DNA of 64,000 bases from Candidatus Poribacteria bacterium (GCA_965208325.1 OZ242326.1:4128001-4192000); one strand, 5' to 3'. Positions 38,815 to 49,593 are shown, counted from the stretch's first letter. Notes: generated from the sequence alone by a model not told the origin. Made by a program: numbers and translations.

Positions 38815-40092
38815 GTGAGGAATGGATCTCAAATGCTAAATCACTTGGTCGATACGGAATTTGCAGGTGACTTTGAAGTGCCGGAAAAAGAAGGTTTGAA
38901 AATGCCGCCCAGTAAAAATCTAACCGATGACAGAGGAGAGCAGTTGCCGGTTTCGGACCTTGATGAACTCATCCCCGCCTCAAATGCGAGTAGCGATGCG
39001 GTATTCAATTTTGAGGATGGTATGGTTCCTTACCTTCAGCAGATTTCGAAAACACCGCTGCTAACACCTATCGAAGAGACCCAACTCTTCGAACAGTTTT
39101 CAGCCAAGATACAGCGGATTGACGAATTATTCAAGCAACTCCCGCCTTCGATGCTGGAGTCTGTGCAGTCTAACCTGCGCCGCAGTAGAAAGGCAAAGCG
39201 GAAGTCCGTACGCCGTTGGTGGTCGCCGATGGAGGTTGGCGGAATAATAGATTTAATTTCTGCCGAGATTGGGGCGTATCAAAACGGGCAAACCGAGGAT
39301 AATCCATACCAGAAAAATGCCATGGAAACACTCCGGGAAAAGATAAGTATTGCAGTCGACGAGATGACGGCCGTACGAGAGAAGATTATACGCGCAAACT
39401 TGTTACTCGTTGCCAGCGTCGTGATGCAGTATCGCGCTTATTCAGCATCAATGACGTTGCAAGATTTGATGCAAGAGGGGAATATCGGTTTGATGAAAGC
39501 CGTCGAAAAGTTCGATCTTCGAAAAGGGTGCAAGTTTAGCACTTACGCCTATTGGTGGATTATGCAAGCAGTTCAACGAGCTCTAGCACAGCATAGCCGC
39601 ACTGTTCGGTTGCCCTGCTACATTGGGACGTTGCGACAATCGATATTCGACACTCAGACCCGACTAACCAAAGAACTTAACCGCGAACCTACTTACAGAG
39701 AGGTTGCGAAGGCAATGGGTATGGATGAGAATCGTGTCGTCGAAATACTTCAAAGCGGACAAGGCACCATTTCACTCGATTCGCCGCTGTTCGACTCAAA
39801 CGACACGACCGTTTCTGACACACTGGAGGACGAATCAAGCCTTGCTCCCGATAAGGAAGTGCTTACGCGGTCAAGGAAGGAGTCGTTAGACAAGGCGCTT
39901 AACACGCTAACGTGGCGTGAAAAGGTTGTAATGCAGCTGCGATTCGGCTTGACTGACGGCACAGAATATACTTTGGCAGAAATTGGACGAGAGTTGGGAA
40001 TTAGCCGTGAGCGCGTTCGCCAGATTCAGGAGGAGGTCCTACGAAAATTCCGCCATCCAATCTATTCAAAATCCCTCAAAGAACTGCTTTAA
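38815..40092 (+). CDS. RpoD/SigA-family sigma70 factor, divergent
   Basis: Region 1.2 [36 protein letters not shown]; region 4 TLAEIG..SRERVRQI. Confidence 0.9.
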   Translation: MRNGSQMLNHLVDTEFAGDFEVPEKEGLKMPPSKNLTDDRGEQLPVSDLDELIPASNASSDAVFNFEDGMVPYLQQISKTPLLTPIEETQLFEQFSAKIQRIDELFKQLPPSMLESVQSNLRRSRKAKRKSVRRWWSPMEVGGIIDLISAEIGAYQNGQTEDNPYQKNAMETLREKISIAVDEMTAVREKIIRANLLLVASVVMQYRAYSASMTLQDLMQEGNIGLMKAVEKFDLRKGCKFSTYAYWWIMQAVQRALAQHSRTVRLPCYIGTLRQSIFDTQTRLTKELNREPTYREVAKAMGMDENRVVEILQSGQGTISLDSPLFDSNDTTVSDTLEDESSLAPDKEVLTRSRKESLDKALNTLTWREKVVMQLRFGLTDGTEYTLAEIGRELGISRERVRQIQEEVLRKFRHPIYSKSLKELL

Positions 40093-40236
40093 GTGATGCG
40101 GTATCCACAGAAATTCAATGAGAGAAATTGGGCTTCCTCACGACTCAAAACTTCGTCCAAAGTAGCCATGCAGGAGAAAATGCGCGCCGCTCACCCATTT
40201 GGAACCGCTTTTTAAACCTTTCGGAAGGATTTCAAC

Positions 40237-40626
40237 ATGAGCAACGGCTCCGCATATGATGGATTGCAGAATCATATCCGGCAGATGGAAACGCCGGCAA
40301 TCGAAACTTGGAAGAACGAGTACGGCGACAGAGATTACACTATCGAAATTACCAACCTAGAATTTACGACAATCTGCCCCAAGACCGGCCATCCCGATTT
40401 TGCGTCCATCCGAATTACCTATGTTCCGGACAAGTACTGTGTTGAGCTCAAGTCCTTAAAAGAGTATTTCCTGTCTTTTCGAGAGGTAGGAATCTTTCAC
40501 GAGCATCTTGTCAACAAGGTCATGGACGATTTTGTGGCTGCGTGCAAACCACGCCGTGTTCAGGTAGAAGGGGATTTTAACATTCGCGGCGGACTGAAGA
40601 CGGTAGTGCGCACGAGTCACGACTAA
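40237..40626 (+). CDS. queF: 7-cyano-7-deazaguanine reductase (type I QueF)
   Basis: CPKTGHPDFA, VELKSLK, FHE, RGG. Confidence 0.93.
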   Translation: MSNGSAYDGLQNHIRQMETPAIETWKNEYGDRDYTIEITNLEFTTICPKTGHPDFASIRITYVPDKYCVELKSLKEYFLSFREVGIFHEHLVNKVMDDFVAACKPRRVQVEGDFNIRGGLKTVVRTSHD

Positions 40627-40806
40627 GCAGTTTGAATGCGTTTCCCAACCTACTACCCACGGATTCCATCTCGGTGCAGCGTGAATCAAACCGGTCAATG
40701 CCAGGGGACTAGCGCTGGATTCGCTTGCAGCCTCATGCGCACGTGTGCTAAACTTTCCCATCTAGTAACGATGTACCGCTTTACCAAACTTGCCCTGCGG
40801 CGATTC

Positions 40807-42738
40807 ATGTTGTTCCGTATCGCAATACCGCTCGCCATCACGTTTTTCGTATTAAGTCCAACGGGGTTGTTCGCTGTAATTGACCTGTCGATTGTGCATC
40901 CTAAGACAGACTTTACCACAAACAACCAGGCGTTGTCGATTGAAGGAATTGTTGAATCCTCAATTCCGACAAAAGTTGTTGTCACGGCCAACACACCGGC
41001 CGGAGTTCCGGATTTGGAGCAGTTGGCACATTCTCTCCACGCAATTGTTCTCGACCTTGGAAGTTCACGTCAGCTTAAGGCAGCTTTAATACGTCCCGAT
41101 GCTGACCTAGATTTCTCGTTCGGACCAAGAATGGTACAGATGGCATTTGCGCAAGACGACACAAATTTTCCCGAAGGTCATCGCTTGAACGTACCCTCCA
41201 GCATAGGTACGTCTTTCAACAAGGCCGTGGTTGACTTTCCGGGTATCGTTTCTGCGCAGTTCGTCCAGATTGTGATGCTCGAAGGCTGGCAGCGGGAGAG
41301 AATTGCCATCGAATCCGTTGAATTTCTAGATCCAAACAATCAGATTATACAGGCCGGTATCCAGTCCATTTCTATCTTGCTAGATCTATCAGTGGACAAT
41401 CGGGCGCCATTTTCCGTTCAGGTTTTGCTCAAGGCGGGAGAGAACCGACTTACGTTGTTCGCCCGCACACTCGTATTGCCAGGCGCCAATCAGATTGAAA
41501 CCGCCGATTGGGTGACAATTACGCCGTTTTATCTTTCTGAATTGCGGCCAGATGCCGCCGATGCGGGATATTACACGTTGAGCGATGGCCATCGGGCGCA
41601 GATTGTATTGGCAGTTGATGCTTTTGATGAGAAAATCAAAAAATTACAGTTCTATTCCGTTCCACGCGAGCAGTTTGATTCTTTGTCCTATTCGGAAAAC
41701 GAACAAATTGTTGAAGGGACGGCTCCTGCCGTGGTGTACCGATTTGAAGCGCTGAAGCAGGGCGTGTTCGCTGCAGAGGCATCGAATTCCTTACGCGATC
41801 AACCACCGACGCTCGCGTTTGACGGCATATTGGATTTCCCTTCGACATGGGTCGCAGGGTTAGTGCCGTTGCCTATCTCGCTTACTGCCGATTTGGGTGA
41901 GGTGCGTGCAATCAGCCGAATTGTCGTGCACGCGAACGTTACCGAGAACGGTTCTTTTGGACCACAAAACGCAATAATATTCACCTCCAATGATAATGTA
42001 AACTTCACAGAGTTATTTGAGTATTCGGGGTTTGATGATCGTACGACAGCAATTGAGTTGCCATCTCACCCGTCGGCTCGGTATGTCCGACTCAAAATCA
42101 CGGAGAGCAAACAGGCAAATAATGTTCAAATTAACGAGGTCGAATTATTTGACGTGTCTGACTCGAAACTTGTTCCGCTTGTAGCGGTAGATCGGATTTT
42201 GCTCCAACGTCCGGCGCATCTAGAATTGAGTTATACCGCGTCCGATTTGCTTGCGGCGAATATCCGCCGAGAATCGGACCTTAGAATTTTTGCATGGGAC
42301 GACCTTGGCAAGGAATGGCAATTCGTTGGAGGGGAAATTGACCTGGATCGTCAGACGGTCAGTTTAGAACTCAACTATATTTCCGAATTTGCGTTGTTCC
42401 AAGCTGTCATTTCGAAAATACAGACGGCGTGGAGTTTGAACCCGTTTTCGCCTGACGGAAACGGAATCGCAGATGTAACACGGCTAACAATCATTAACGC
42501 GGACACCTCGCCGTTCCACCAGAGCGAACTTATCGTTGAAATCTTTGATCTCAACAACAGACTCGTGCGCACGTTGGTAAATCGAACTGTCATGCATTCA
42601 AACGCAATGAGTGTCGAATGGGACGGTCGGGATGGAACCGGGCGAATTGTAAATATTGGGCCGTATATCTATCAGATTCAGATTCAATCTGATACGCAGA
42701 AAGACGTCCGAAACGGCGTTATTGTTGTGGGAAAATGA
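40807..42738 (+). CDS. Secreted protein with discoidin-like domains and a C-terminal FlgD-Ig-like domain; start inferred (ORF is open from 40636)
   Basis: Signal peptide; ARYVRLKI..INEVE; NPFSPDGNG..IFDLNNRLVRTL..WDGRD..GPYIY. Confidence 0.75.
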   Translation: MLFRIAIPLAITFFVLSPTGLFAVIDLSIVHPKTDFTTNNQALSIEGIVESSIPTKVVVTANTPAGVPDLEQLAHSLHAIVLDLGSSRQLKAALIRPDADLDFSFGPRMVQMAFAQDDTNFPEGHRLNVPSSIGTSFNKAVVDFPGIVSAQFVQIVMLEGWQRERIAIESVEFLDPNNQIIQAGIQSISILLDLSVDNRAPFSVQVLLKAGENRLTLFARTLVLPGANQIETADWVTITPFYLSELRPDAADAGYYTLSDGHRAQIVLAVDAFDEKIKKLQFYSVPREQFDSLSYSENEQIVEGTAPAVVYRFEALKQGVFAAEASNSLRDQPPTLAFDGILDFPSTWVAGLVPLPISLTADLGEVRAISRIVVHANVTENGSFGPQNAIIFTSNDNVNFTELFEYSGFDDRTTAIELPSHPSARYVRLKITESKQANNVQINEVELFDVSDSKLVPLVAVDRILLQRPAHLELSYTASDLLAANIRRESDLRIFAWDDLGKEWQFVGGEIDLDRQTVSLELNYISEFALFQAVISKIQTAWSLNPFSPDGNGIADVTRLTIINADTSPFHQSELIVEIFDLNNRLVRTLVNRTVMHSNAMSVEWDGRDGTGRIVNIGPYIYQIQIQSDTQKDVRNGVIVVGK

Positions 42739-42777
42739 AGACTAACCGCCGCAGAGATATGCCGGTCGATTATTATT

Positions 42778-44091
42778 GGTTCTTCAGGGTTAAGTGTGGG
42801 AATGAAACTTGCTTTATGCAATTACGTTTTTCCTATGCGTGTAAGTTGATTTCAATAATCCCCGATATAGTTCTGGAGTCTGCGATGTATACCCTTTTAA
42901 CACAGTTGCTCGACATTCCCAGCTACCAAGTGATTTCTGCCGATATTAGGAGCGATAAAATCACGTTGGACATTGAATCGGTATCTCAGACAGTGGCATG
43001 CTCTCACTGTGGCAAAACCTCAAAAACGTTGCACGAAAGACACCCTCGCATCGTTCGCGACCTTCCTATCAGTGGCAAGCCGACTTATCTTCGCTTTATC
43101 AGACGACGATTCTTTTGTCAAGATTGTCACCGAGTGTTCTCTGAATCCCTAAGCTTTGTCGACGAGCGACGCGATTACACCCATCGTTATCAGGATTGGA
43201 TATTCCGCCAAGTTCGAGAGAACAACATCAGCGCGGTACACCGTGCTGAAGGACTGACTTATGACCAGATTGAAAGCATCTTCCTCCACGAAGCGAGATG
43301 TCGCATTCCCTTAACTCCCTTTGCCAATCTCAAACGTTTGGGTATTGATGAAATTGCGTTGCGTAAAGGAAGAGGAGACTTCGCTTTGATTCTGACGAAT
43401 CTGGACACAAAAGGGGTCGTTGATGTGCTCAAAGCGCGAACCCAAGAGAAACTTAGGGCGCGACTTGAACAGGTATCGCCTTGTGAGCGTGCACAAATTC
43501 AAGAAGTCGCCATCGACATGTGGAATCCCTATGATACGGTCTGTGCTGAATTGTTGCCCCACGCGGTGATTACTGCCGACCGGTTTCATGTGATGCAAGC
43601 GGTCAACCGGGAACTCAAGCTGTTGAAGAATCAGCAAAAGCAGGCGCACCCCCAAATACTGCAAGGTGCTCATTATGCGCTGTTAAAGAATCGTCAAGAT
43701 TTAACCGATAAGCAGCAAGCGGTGCTTGAACACGTTTATCAGGTGTCGCCTTTGGTCAAGACGGCTCATCGGCTCAAGGAGTGTTTGCGACATATCTTCG
43801 AGTGTAAGTCCACTAAAGAAAAGGCGATTAAGCGCCTGCGGAAGTGGAGCCTTATTGCTGAGAAAGCGGGGTTGTTTCCACAATTCCGTCGGACACTAGC
43901 AAACTGGGAGCACCAAATTGCCAATTACTTTTGCCACCGTACGACTAGTGGCATCGTCGAAGGCATTAACAATAAAATCAAGCTCATCAAGCGCCGGGCT
44001 TTTGGGTTTCGCAACTTTGAGCATTTCCGAATCCGTGTCATTGTGGCATTCCTATAGCTAAGCTCATTACCACACTTAACTCTGAAGAGCC
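42778..44091 (+). mobile_element. ISL3 family insertion sequence, 1314 bp
   Basis: Left IR GGTTCTTCAGGGTTAAGTGTGGGAATGA; right IR reverse complement GGCTCTTCAGAGTTAAGTGTGGTAATGA; TSD TTATTATT at 42770-42777 and 44092-44099. Confidence 0.95.
42885..44057 (+). CDS. ISL3 transposase; start placed inside the element after GGAG
   Basis: CSHC..RRFFCQDC, LGIDE, AIDM, DRFH, EGINNKIKLIKRRAFGFRN. Confidence 0.95.
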   Translation: MYTLLTQLLDIPSYQVISADIRSDKITLDIESVSQTVACSHCGKTSKTLHERHPRIVRDLPISGKPTYLRFIRRRFFCQDCHRVFSESLSFVDERRDYTHRYQDWIFRQVRENNISAVHRAEGLTYDQIESIFLHEARCRIPLTPFANLKRLGIDEIALRKGRGDFALILTNLDTKGVVDVLKARTQEKLRARLEQVSPCERAQIQEVAIDMWNPYDTVCAELLPHAVITADRFHVMQAVNRELKLLKNQQKQAHPQILQGAHYALLKNRQDLTDKQQAVLEHVYQVSPLVKTAHRLKECLRHIFECKSTKEKAIKRLRKWSLIAEKAGLFPQFRRTLANWEHQIANYFCHRTTSGIVEGINNKIKLIKRRAFGFRNFEHFRIRVIVAFL

Positions 44092-44163
44092 TTATTATTG
44101 AACTCGTTGGAGACGTGTAACCGTCATAGCGGAAGGAGGCAGCGAAAGGGGGTTTAACCGACG

Positions 44164-45177
44164 GTGTCAAAATGGAAAAGTGAGAGACCATCGAATTGTA
44201 ATAATCCCTTTTTCTTACCGTATCATCGCATAAATTGCCCGCCAACCCATCGATTGGCACTCCTAATTTTCTTAATTTTCATGGGTATAGCCGGTCTATC
44301 TAATTGGACACATGCCGCGTTCGACGATCAATTCGTGGGGGCGCGTGCATATGCGATGGGAGGCGCGTTCGCGGCGACAGCGAATGAATCGGACGGTCTA
44401 CTCGTAAATCCGGCGTCAATCTCGAATCATTCCGTGCCGCGGCAGTTGTCTGCGACAATGGCTAGACTCCATGTCGGCTTGACCGACGAGACTTCAATCT
44501 CGCAAAGCTTGATCAGCTATACCAATCCAGCTCCTCTCAGAAGTTCAATCGGGTTGCTTTGGAAGCGGTTGAACGTCAGCGCACTTTATTCGGAGAATTA
44601 TTTGGTCATGGGATTGAGCAAGGGTTTAGCGTTTGGAACGAATGAAGAACGCCGTCTGTCAATCGGAGCGGCGTTAAAGCTGTTACATTGGGACACGGCG
44701 CCTACAATTGGGACAAGCGGTTATATTGTAGAGGATTTGCCGGGCTCAAGCCGGTTTAGCTTAGACGCAGGCGTGGTTTTTCGCCCGTCCGAGAATATTC
44801 CGCTTGCGTTGTCGGTTCAGAACATCAATACGCCCAACATTGCTTCGAAGTCGTCGAAGATTATAGAGGATTTGCCGGCGCAGGTGACGCTTGGCATCGG
44901 AATATTGGGGCGGCGGTCTACATGGGGGATGGATTTGGTATTCAACCGCAGCCAGACTGATGTCAAGATTGGGATTGAGCAACAATTCTATGATGGAAGG
45001 GTGTTGCTGCGCGGCGGATTTCGGTTGGAAAACCTCGCTTGGGGCGCAAATCTGACGCTCGGGGGAGGGTATCACTTGAACAGTAGTGTTCGAATGGATT
45101 ACGGCTCGGCTTTTCCGATTGGTGGCATTGTAGACACGTACGGCAGCCATCGAGTTAGCCTTGTATATATTTTATGA
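44164..45177 (+). CDS. PorV/PorQ-like outer-membrane beta-barrel protein
   Basis: GARAYAMGGAF..NPA, LRGG, C-terminal MDY..SHRVSL. Confidence 0.7.
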   Translation: MSKWKSERPSNCNNPFFLPYHRINCPPTHRLALLIFLIFMGIAGLSNWTHAAFDDQFVGARAYAMGGAFAATANESDGLLVNPASISNHSVPRQLSATMARLHVGLTDETSISQSLISYTNPAPLRSSIGLLWKRLNVSALYSENYLVMGLSKGLAFGTNEERRLSIGAALKLLHWDTAPTIGTSGYIVEDLPGSSRFSLDAGVVFRPSENIPLALSVQNINTPNIASKSSKIIEDLPAQVTLGIGILGRRSTWGMDLVFNRSQTDVKIGIEQQFYDGRVLLRGGFRLENLAWGANLTLGGGYHLNSSVRMDYGSAFPIGGIVDTYGSHRVSLVYIL

Positions 45178-45239
45178 TGCAATCGAGCAGCGGTAGACGA
45201 GTGGAATGCGTGATTGGAACAGTCTAAGAAGCACGGAAT

Positions 45240-47585
45240 ATGAGTATAGGAGCAATCATGCGTCGCGCCTCACACATAATCCGTACCGCATTGCACCTGA
45301 TGCTATGGTTGTTAGTCTGCGCCCAATTTTTGGGTTCGGCGCACGCACAGCGTGTGGACCCACTGGGAAATCCTGTATTTGATAAGAGCGGCAAAGAACT
45401 CTATAGGATTCAGGCAACGTTTGGCGTGTTAGGAGGCGATTCGACGTTGCGCCGTGATGAGGAATTTCGGAAAAAGACAAGTAATCGAAACTTTTTCACG
45501 TTCAACATCCCCAGCGAAAGCGTGCGCCACCAGTTGACTGTCGGCAATTTTCCGACAAAATTTTCCAGCTTTACGTTAAACAAGGAGCTGTTTGATGCAG
45601 CACGCTGGAATATTTCGATTCCGAAAGCGCGTGGAGGAATATCGGCGTTTGTCGGGCGGGTGACCAACAATACGTTTGACATTTTAGGAGAGCGTGCTAC
45701 CCCCATCGAAAACGTTGATATTACGAGTACCGCCGATTGGTTCATGGTCGGGTTCCGAGCGGAGGCAAATCTTGGCGCTCACGATATCCGGCTGGGGACG
45801 TTACCAGATCTAACGTTGCCATTGCCTCGGCTCGGCATCAACTATGTGAATCGTTTTTTTACAAACTACGACCTAACTCGTACAACGAATCCATTTCGAG
45901 GGGTCACCGTCGCCAATCCGCCGCCTGAACTATTTCTCCGCTTCAGTGACGCTTCACCGGAAAACCCCGGCGGCGGGAAAGTTTTCCGTGTGCGCGTTTT
46001 CGTTGACGGCGCCCTTGAATACGAGATATTCGGCGGGAAAGAGCCGCCGGGCGTTCTGCTCCTCCCGCACCAGAGCCGACGGGATCATCAGTCACGCTGG
46101 GTGGATGGCGAAGGGTCGTTCACGTATCGATTTCTTCTTTTCAACCCACAGGAAATCAGAAGCGTGCGGTTTGAAGTCGATATTGCCAATGATTATCGGG
46201 TTGAATTGTCGCCGAACAATCGGGACTTTCAATTGGAACTCAGCGCCGCAGGCAACGTCAAAGACGAGTCGAACCGCCAGGTACACAGATTTTACTACGG
46301 CGAATTGACAGATGAAACCACAATGGGTCTCGATTTCCATACGACGCTGTTCGGTATTTCGATTGAGGCGGAACGCGCATGGTATTCACAGACGAGGCAG
46401 TATCCTATTCTGAACGGGCGAAGCACACAGCGAACCACCGGCGCATGGTTCGTTGATGTGAATCGAAATTTTGGCCCCCTTACCTGGCGCAGCGAATATA
46501 CGCGAATCGATCCCTTTTATACGGCGGACAACTTCGTGGACGACAACGATGATGACGATCCATACGCAGATTCGCGTGAACCAGAGATTTTGATTTCTGG
46601 AAACACAAAGGACGATCTGGATGGCGACCGCATTAAAGATTGGGATGACGATTTTCTACTTTTCTTTGCAGACCCGCCGAGATTTCGCTTGGGACTCAAT
46701 CGCGAATCAATTGATTTTAACAACAATGGCGAGCCGGATAATCTTGAAGATGATGACAAACCCAACTACCGATACGATTACGACAGAGGTTCTTACGGCC
46801 ATCACACCTATTTTAAGCTGGATTTACCATTCACCGCAGGACTTTCGGTTATACCCGGATATTATTCGAAACACTTGATTCTTGAACATAAAAGTGCAAG
46901 AGGATGGTATAATATATTTGCATACGCGCCGAATCGGATTCTTCACTTTGGAACGGTTAAATTCCGCCATACCCTTCGCCGTTCGCGCGACATTATCCCT
47001 GATGACGTTGTTATTCGCAGCACTGGGGAACAGATTGAGGACAATTTGGCGCTTCAAAACTATCTGAGCAATATCTTCACGATGATTGTCGATTACGACA
47101 ATATTGAGAACCTCACTATCGTCAGCAAATTCAAATATCAGCGTGATGCGCTGTTTCACAGCCGCCAGCACGTTATTGATACTGCGTTGATTAACCAGAT
47201 TCGATATGACTATAGAGTGCGCGATGATCTCACGGTCGCGCCCGCTTTTAGGAGCGACCGTACAATCGGTTATATCGTCCCGTTAGATAAACTGATGTCA
47301 GTTGATTTCATCCGAAATGCCTACATCTTGACCTTGACGCATCAAGTTGCGGCACAATTGCAATTGAGCGCCGGCGGGCAGTTTCTCACGTGGCGTGACT
47401 TTAACGATTCTCAGAATAATTTCAACCGCACGGTCGGCTTCTTAGAGCTGGTGTTACAGGGCGATGTCTTCGGTCAGAAGATGGGGCTTTTGATTGCTTC
47501 CGACTATATCATTCAAAGCTTTATTGAACCCATCGGCGGCGCAGAAAAACGCACAAATATCGGGATTTCGTTGTTTTTATTATAG
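45240..47585 (+). CDS. Putative outer-membrane protein with Asp-rich Ca-binding-like loops
   Basis: Signal peptide; alternating beta-strand pattern; DDNDDDD, DDLDGD, DFNNNG. Confidence 0.65.
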   Translation: MSIGAIMRRASHIIRTALHLMLWLLVCAQFLGSAHAQRVDPLGNPVFDKSGKELYRIQATFGVLGGDSTLRRDEEFRKKTSNRNFFTFNIPSESVRHQLTVGNFPTKFSSFTLNKELFDAARWNISIPKARGGISAFVGRVTNNTFDILGERATPIENVDITSTADWFMVGFRAEANLGAHDIRLGTLPDLTLPLPRLGINYVNRFFTNYDLTRTTNPFRGVTVANPPPELFLRFSDASPENPGGGKVFRVRVFVDGALEYEIFGGKEPPGVLLLPHQSRRDHQSRWVDGEGSFTYRFLLFNPQEIRSVRFEVDIANDYRVELSPNNRDFQLELSAAGNVKDESNRQVHRFYYGELTDETTMGLDFHTTLFGISIEAERAWYSQTRQYPILNGRSTQRTTGAWFVDVNRNFGPLTWRSEYTRIDPFYTADNFVDDNDDDDPYADSREPEILISGNTKDDLDGDRIKDWDDDFLLFFADPPRFRLGLNRESIDFNNNGEPDNLEDDDKPNYRYDYDRGSYGHHTYFKLDLPFTAGLSVIPGYYSKHLILEHKSARGWYNIFAYAPNRILHFGTVKFRHTLRRSRDIIPDDVVIRSTGEQIEDNLALQNYLSNIFTMIVDYDNIENLTIVSKFKYQRDALFHSRQHVIDTALINQIRYDYRVRDDLTVAPAFRSDRTIGYIVPLDKLMSVDFIRNAYILTLTHQVAAQLQLSAGGQFLTWRDFNDSQNNFNRTVGFLELVLQGDVFGQKMGLLIASDYIIQSFIEPIGGAEKRTNIGISLFLL

Positions 47586-47646
47586 CCTCAATTAACCCTT
47601 AGTTAAACCGAGGATTTTATTCGGTTCACTGAAAGGAGTAATTTCA

Positions 47647-48612
47647 ATGCAACAGCAATCGTGGGATGATTTGCAGCCGTATATTCGGTTCATCACCGCA
47701 AAACGTGTATTTTGGGTGATACTCATTGTGTTGGCCGTCGCTGCAGCCGCAACGAGTTTTTACACCGTTGAAGCCGATGAGGAAGGTGTCGTGCTCCGGT
47801 TTGGAGAATACGTTAGATCTGTCCCGCCGGGGCTGCACTTCAAGGCGCCGTTCGGGATTGAACAAGCAACGGGTGTCGCGGTCCGAAAAGTTTCGAAAGA
47901 GGAATTCGGTTTTCGCACGCTTCGGGCTGGCGTCCGTACTCAATACGATACTCGAGATTATCCGGAGGAATCACTTCTGTTATCGGGAGATCTCAACATT
48001 GCCGATGTGGAGTGGGTTGTACAATACCGCATTGACGAACCCCGAAAATTTCTGTTTGAAATCCGTAGTGCGAATCAAGCCTTGCGAGATCTCTCCGAAG
48101 CCGTTATGAGCATTGTTGTCGGTGACCGCACGGTCACAGAGGTGCTTACCGTCGGGCGCGAAGAGATTGCCATGGACGTCAAACAAGGGCTGCAACAGTT
48201 GTTAGATTTGTACAATGCGGGTTTACACATCGAAAACGTTACGTTGCAAGATATTAATCCGCCGGAGGCCGTGAAGTCCGCTTTTAATGAGGTAAATGAA
48301 GCGAAGCAAGAGAAGGAGCGGTTAATCAACGAAGCCTTGCGTGATTACAACGAGTCCGTTCCGAAAGCCAAAGGGCTCGCGTTGCAACAGATTTCCGAGG
48401 CGGAGGGGTACGCCCTGAAACGCGTGAACGAGGCGACGGGAGATGCAGATCGATTCAACTCGATTCGGAAAGAATACCAAGGCGCCAAGGATGTAACCCG
48501 GCGCAGGCTTTACCTTGAAACGATGAGTGAGATTCTGCCGAAAGTAAAAGAGATTTATATTATTGACGATGAATCGAACAGTCCCATTCCAATTTTGCAA
48601 CTCGGACAATAA
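47647..48612 (+). CDS. hflK: FtsH modulator HflK
   Basis: SPFH domain; GVVLRFG, D.NIADV, EAEGY, RRLYLETM. Confidence 0.92.
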   Translation: MQQQSWDDLQPYIRFITAKRVFWVILIVLAVAAAATSFYTVEADEEGVVLRFGEYVRSVPPGLHFKAPFGIEQATGVAVRKVSKEEFGFRTLRAGVRTQYDTRDYPEESLLLSGDLNIADVEWVVQYRIDEPRKFLFEIRSANQALRDLSEAVMSIVVGDRTVTEVLTVGREEIAMDVKQGLQQLLDLYNAGLHIENVTLQDINPPEAVKSAFNEVNEAKQEKERLINEALRDYNESVPKAKGLALQQISEAEGYALKRVNEATGDADRFNSIRKEYQGAKDVTRRRLYLETMSEILPKVKEIYIIDDESNSPIPILQLGQ

Positions 48613-48624
48613 AGGAGATTCGCA

Positions 48625-49593
48625 TTGAACGCAAAAATTTTGATACCGTTAATCATAATCGTTGTAATCGCCATAGTGATTGGTCCTTCAATGCTCTATA
48701 TTGTCCACGAAGGCCGTCAGGTGGTGATTACCGAATTTGGCCGACCGATTGGTGAACCGATTGACAGTGCCGGTTTAAAGATTAAAACTCCGTTTATTCA
48801 GAAAGTCCACCGATTTGAGAAGCGAATCCTCGAATGGGACGCCTCACCAAATCAGATTACGACGAAGGACAAGCGTTTCATCTGGTTGGATACCAGCGCG
48901 CGGTGGCGCATTAAAGACGCGCTTAAATTCTACCAAGCCCTCGGTACGGAGACCGACGCTCAGTCGCGTCTGGACGACATAATCGACTCCGCTGCCCGTG
49001 ATTTGGTGACGGGACAACTGTTGGTCGAGGTGGTGCGCGATTCGAATCGTATCATCGACCTGAACCTCGAAGGACTGGAAGCAGAAGAAGGGGGCGGCAG
49101 CGCTGAACCGTTGGAACGGATTAATGTCGGAAGAGGGCAAGTTGCGCAAATGATCCTAGAGAAAGCGCAGCAGAGCTTGCCCGACAAATTCGGAATCGAA
49201 CTCATCGATGTGCGGATTAAGCGCATTAACTATGTAAAAGAAGTCCAACAGAAAGTGTTTGCCCGCATGATTTCCGAACGGCAGCGAATCGCGGCAAAAT
49301 ACCGATCGGAGGGCGAAGGCGAAGCCGCGGATATTAAAGGGCAAAAACAGAAAGAACTGGAGCGCATTCAGTCTGAAGCCTATAAACAGGCAGAGCAGAT
49401 TAGAGGAAATGCGGATGCCGAAGCGATAAAAATTTATGCGCAGGCGCACGGCAGAGATTCGGAATTTTACGCCTTTCTTCAGACCTTACAGACTTACCGG
49501 GCAACAACGACTGAAAACACGAAGCTAATTTTATCGACGGATAGCGATCTTTACCGATATCTGAAAAAAAGCGGCATTCTGAATCGTCGATAA
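48625..49593 (+). CDS. hflC: FtsH modulator HflC
   Basis: SPFH domain; DVRIKRI, RMISER, FYAF..L; directly downstream of hflK. Confidence 0.92.
   Translation: MNAKILIPLIIIVVIAIVIGPSMLYIVHEGRQVVITEFGRPIGEPIDSAGLKIKTPFIQKVHRFEKRILEWDASPNQITTKDKRFIWLDTSARWRIKDALKFYQALGTETDAQSRLDDIIDSAARDLVTGQLLVEVVRDSNRIIDLNLEGLEAEEGGGSAEPLERINVGRGQVAQMILEKAQQSLPDKFGIELIDVRIKRINYVKEVQQKVFARMISERQRIAAKYRSEGEGEAADIKGQKQKELERIQSEAYKQAEQIRGNADAEAIKIYAQAHGRDSEFYAFLQTLQTYRATTTENTKLILSTDSDLYRYLKKSGILNRR

Noticed and set aside
40093..40236. preQ1 riboswitch upstream of queF
   Set aside because: No recognisable preQ1 aptamer stem-loop with an A-rich tail
42735..42884. Extended transposase N-terminus, or an IS-disrupted gene
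   Set aside because: Begins outside the left IR; removing the IS gives an immediate stop (GAT TAT TAT TGA)
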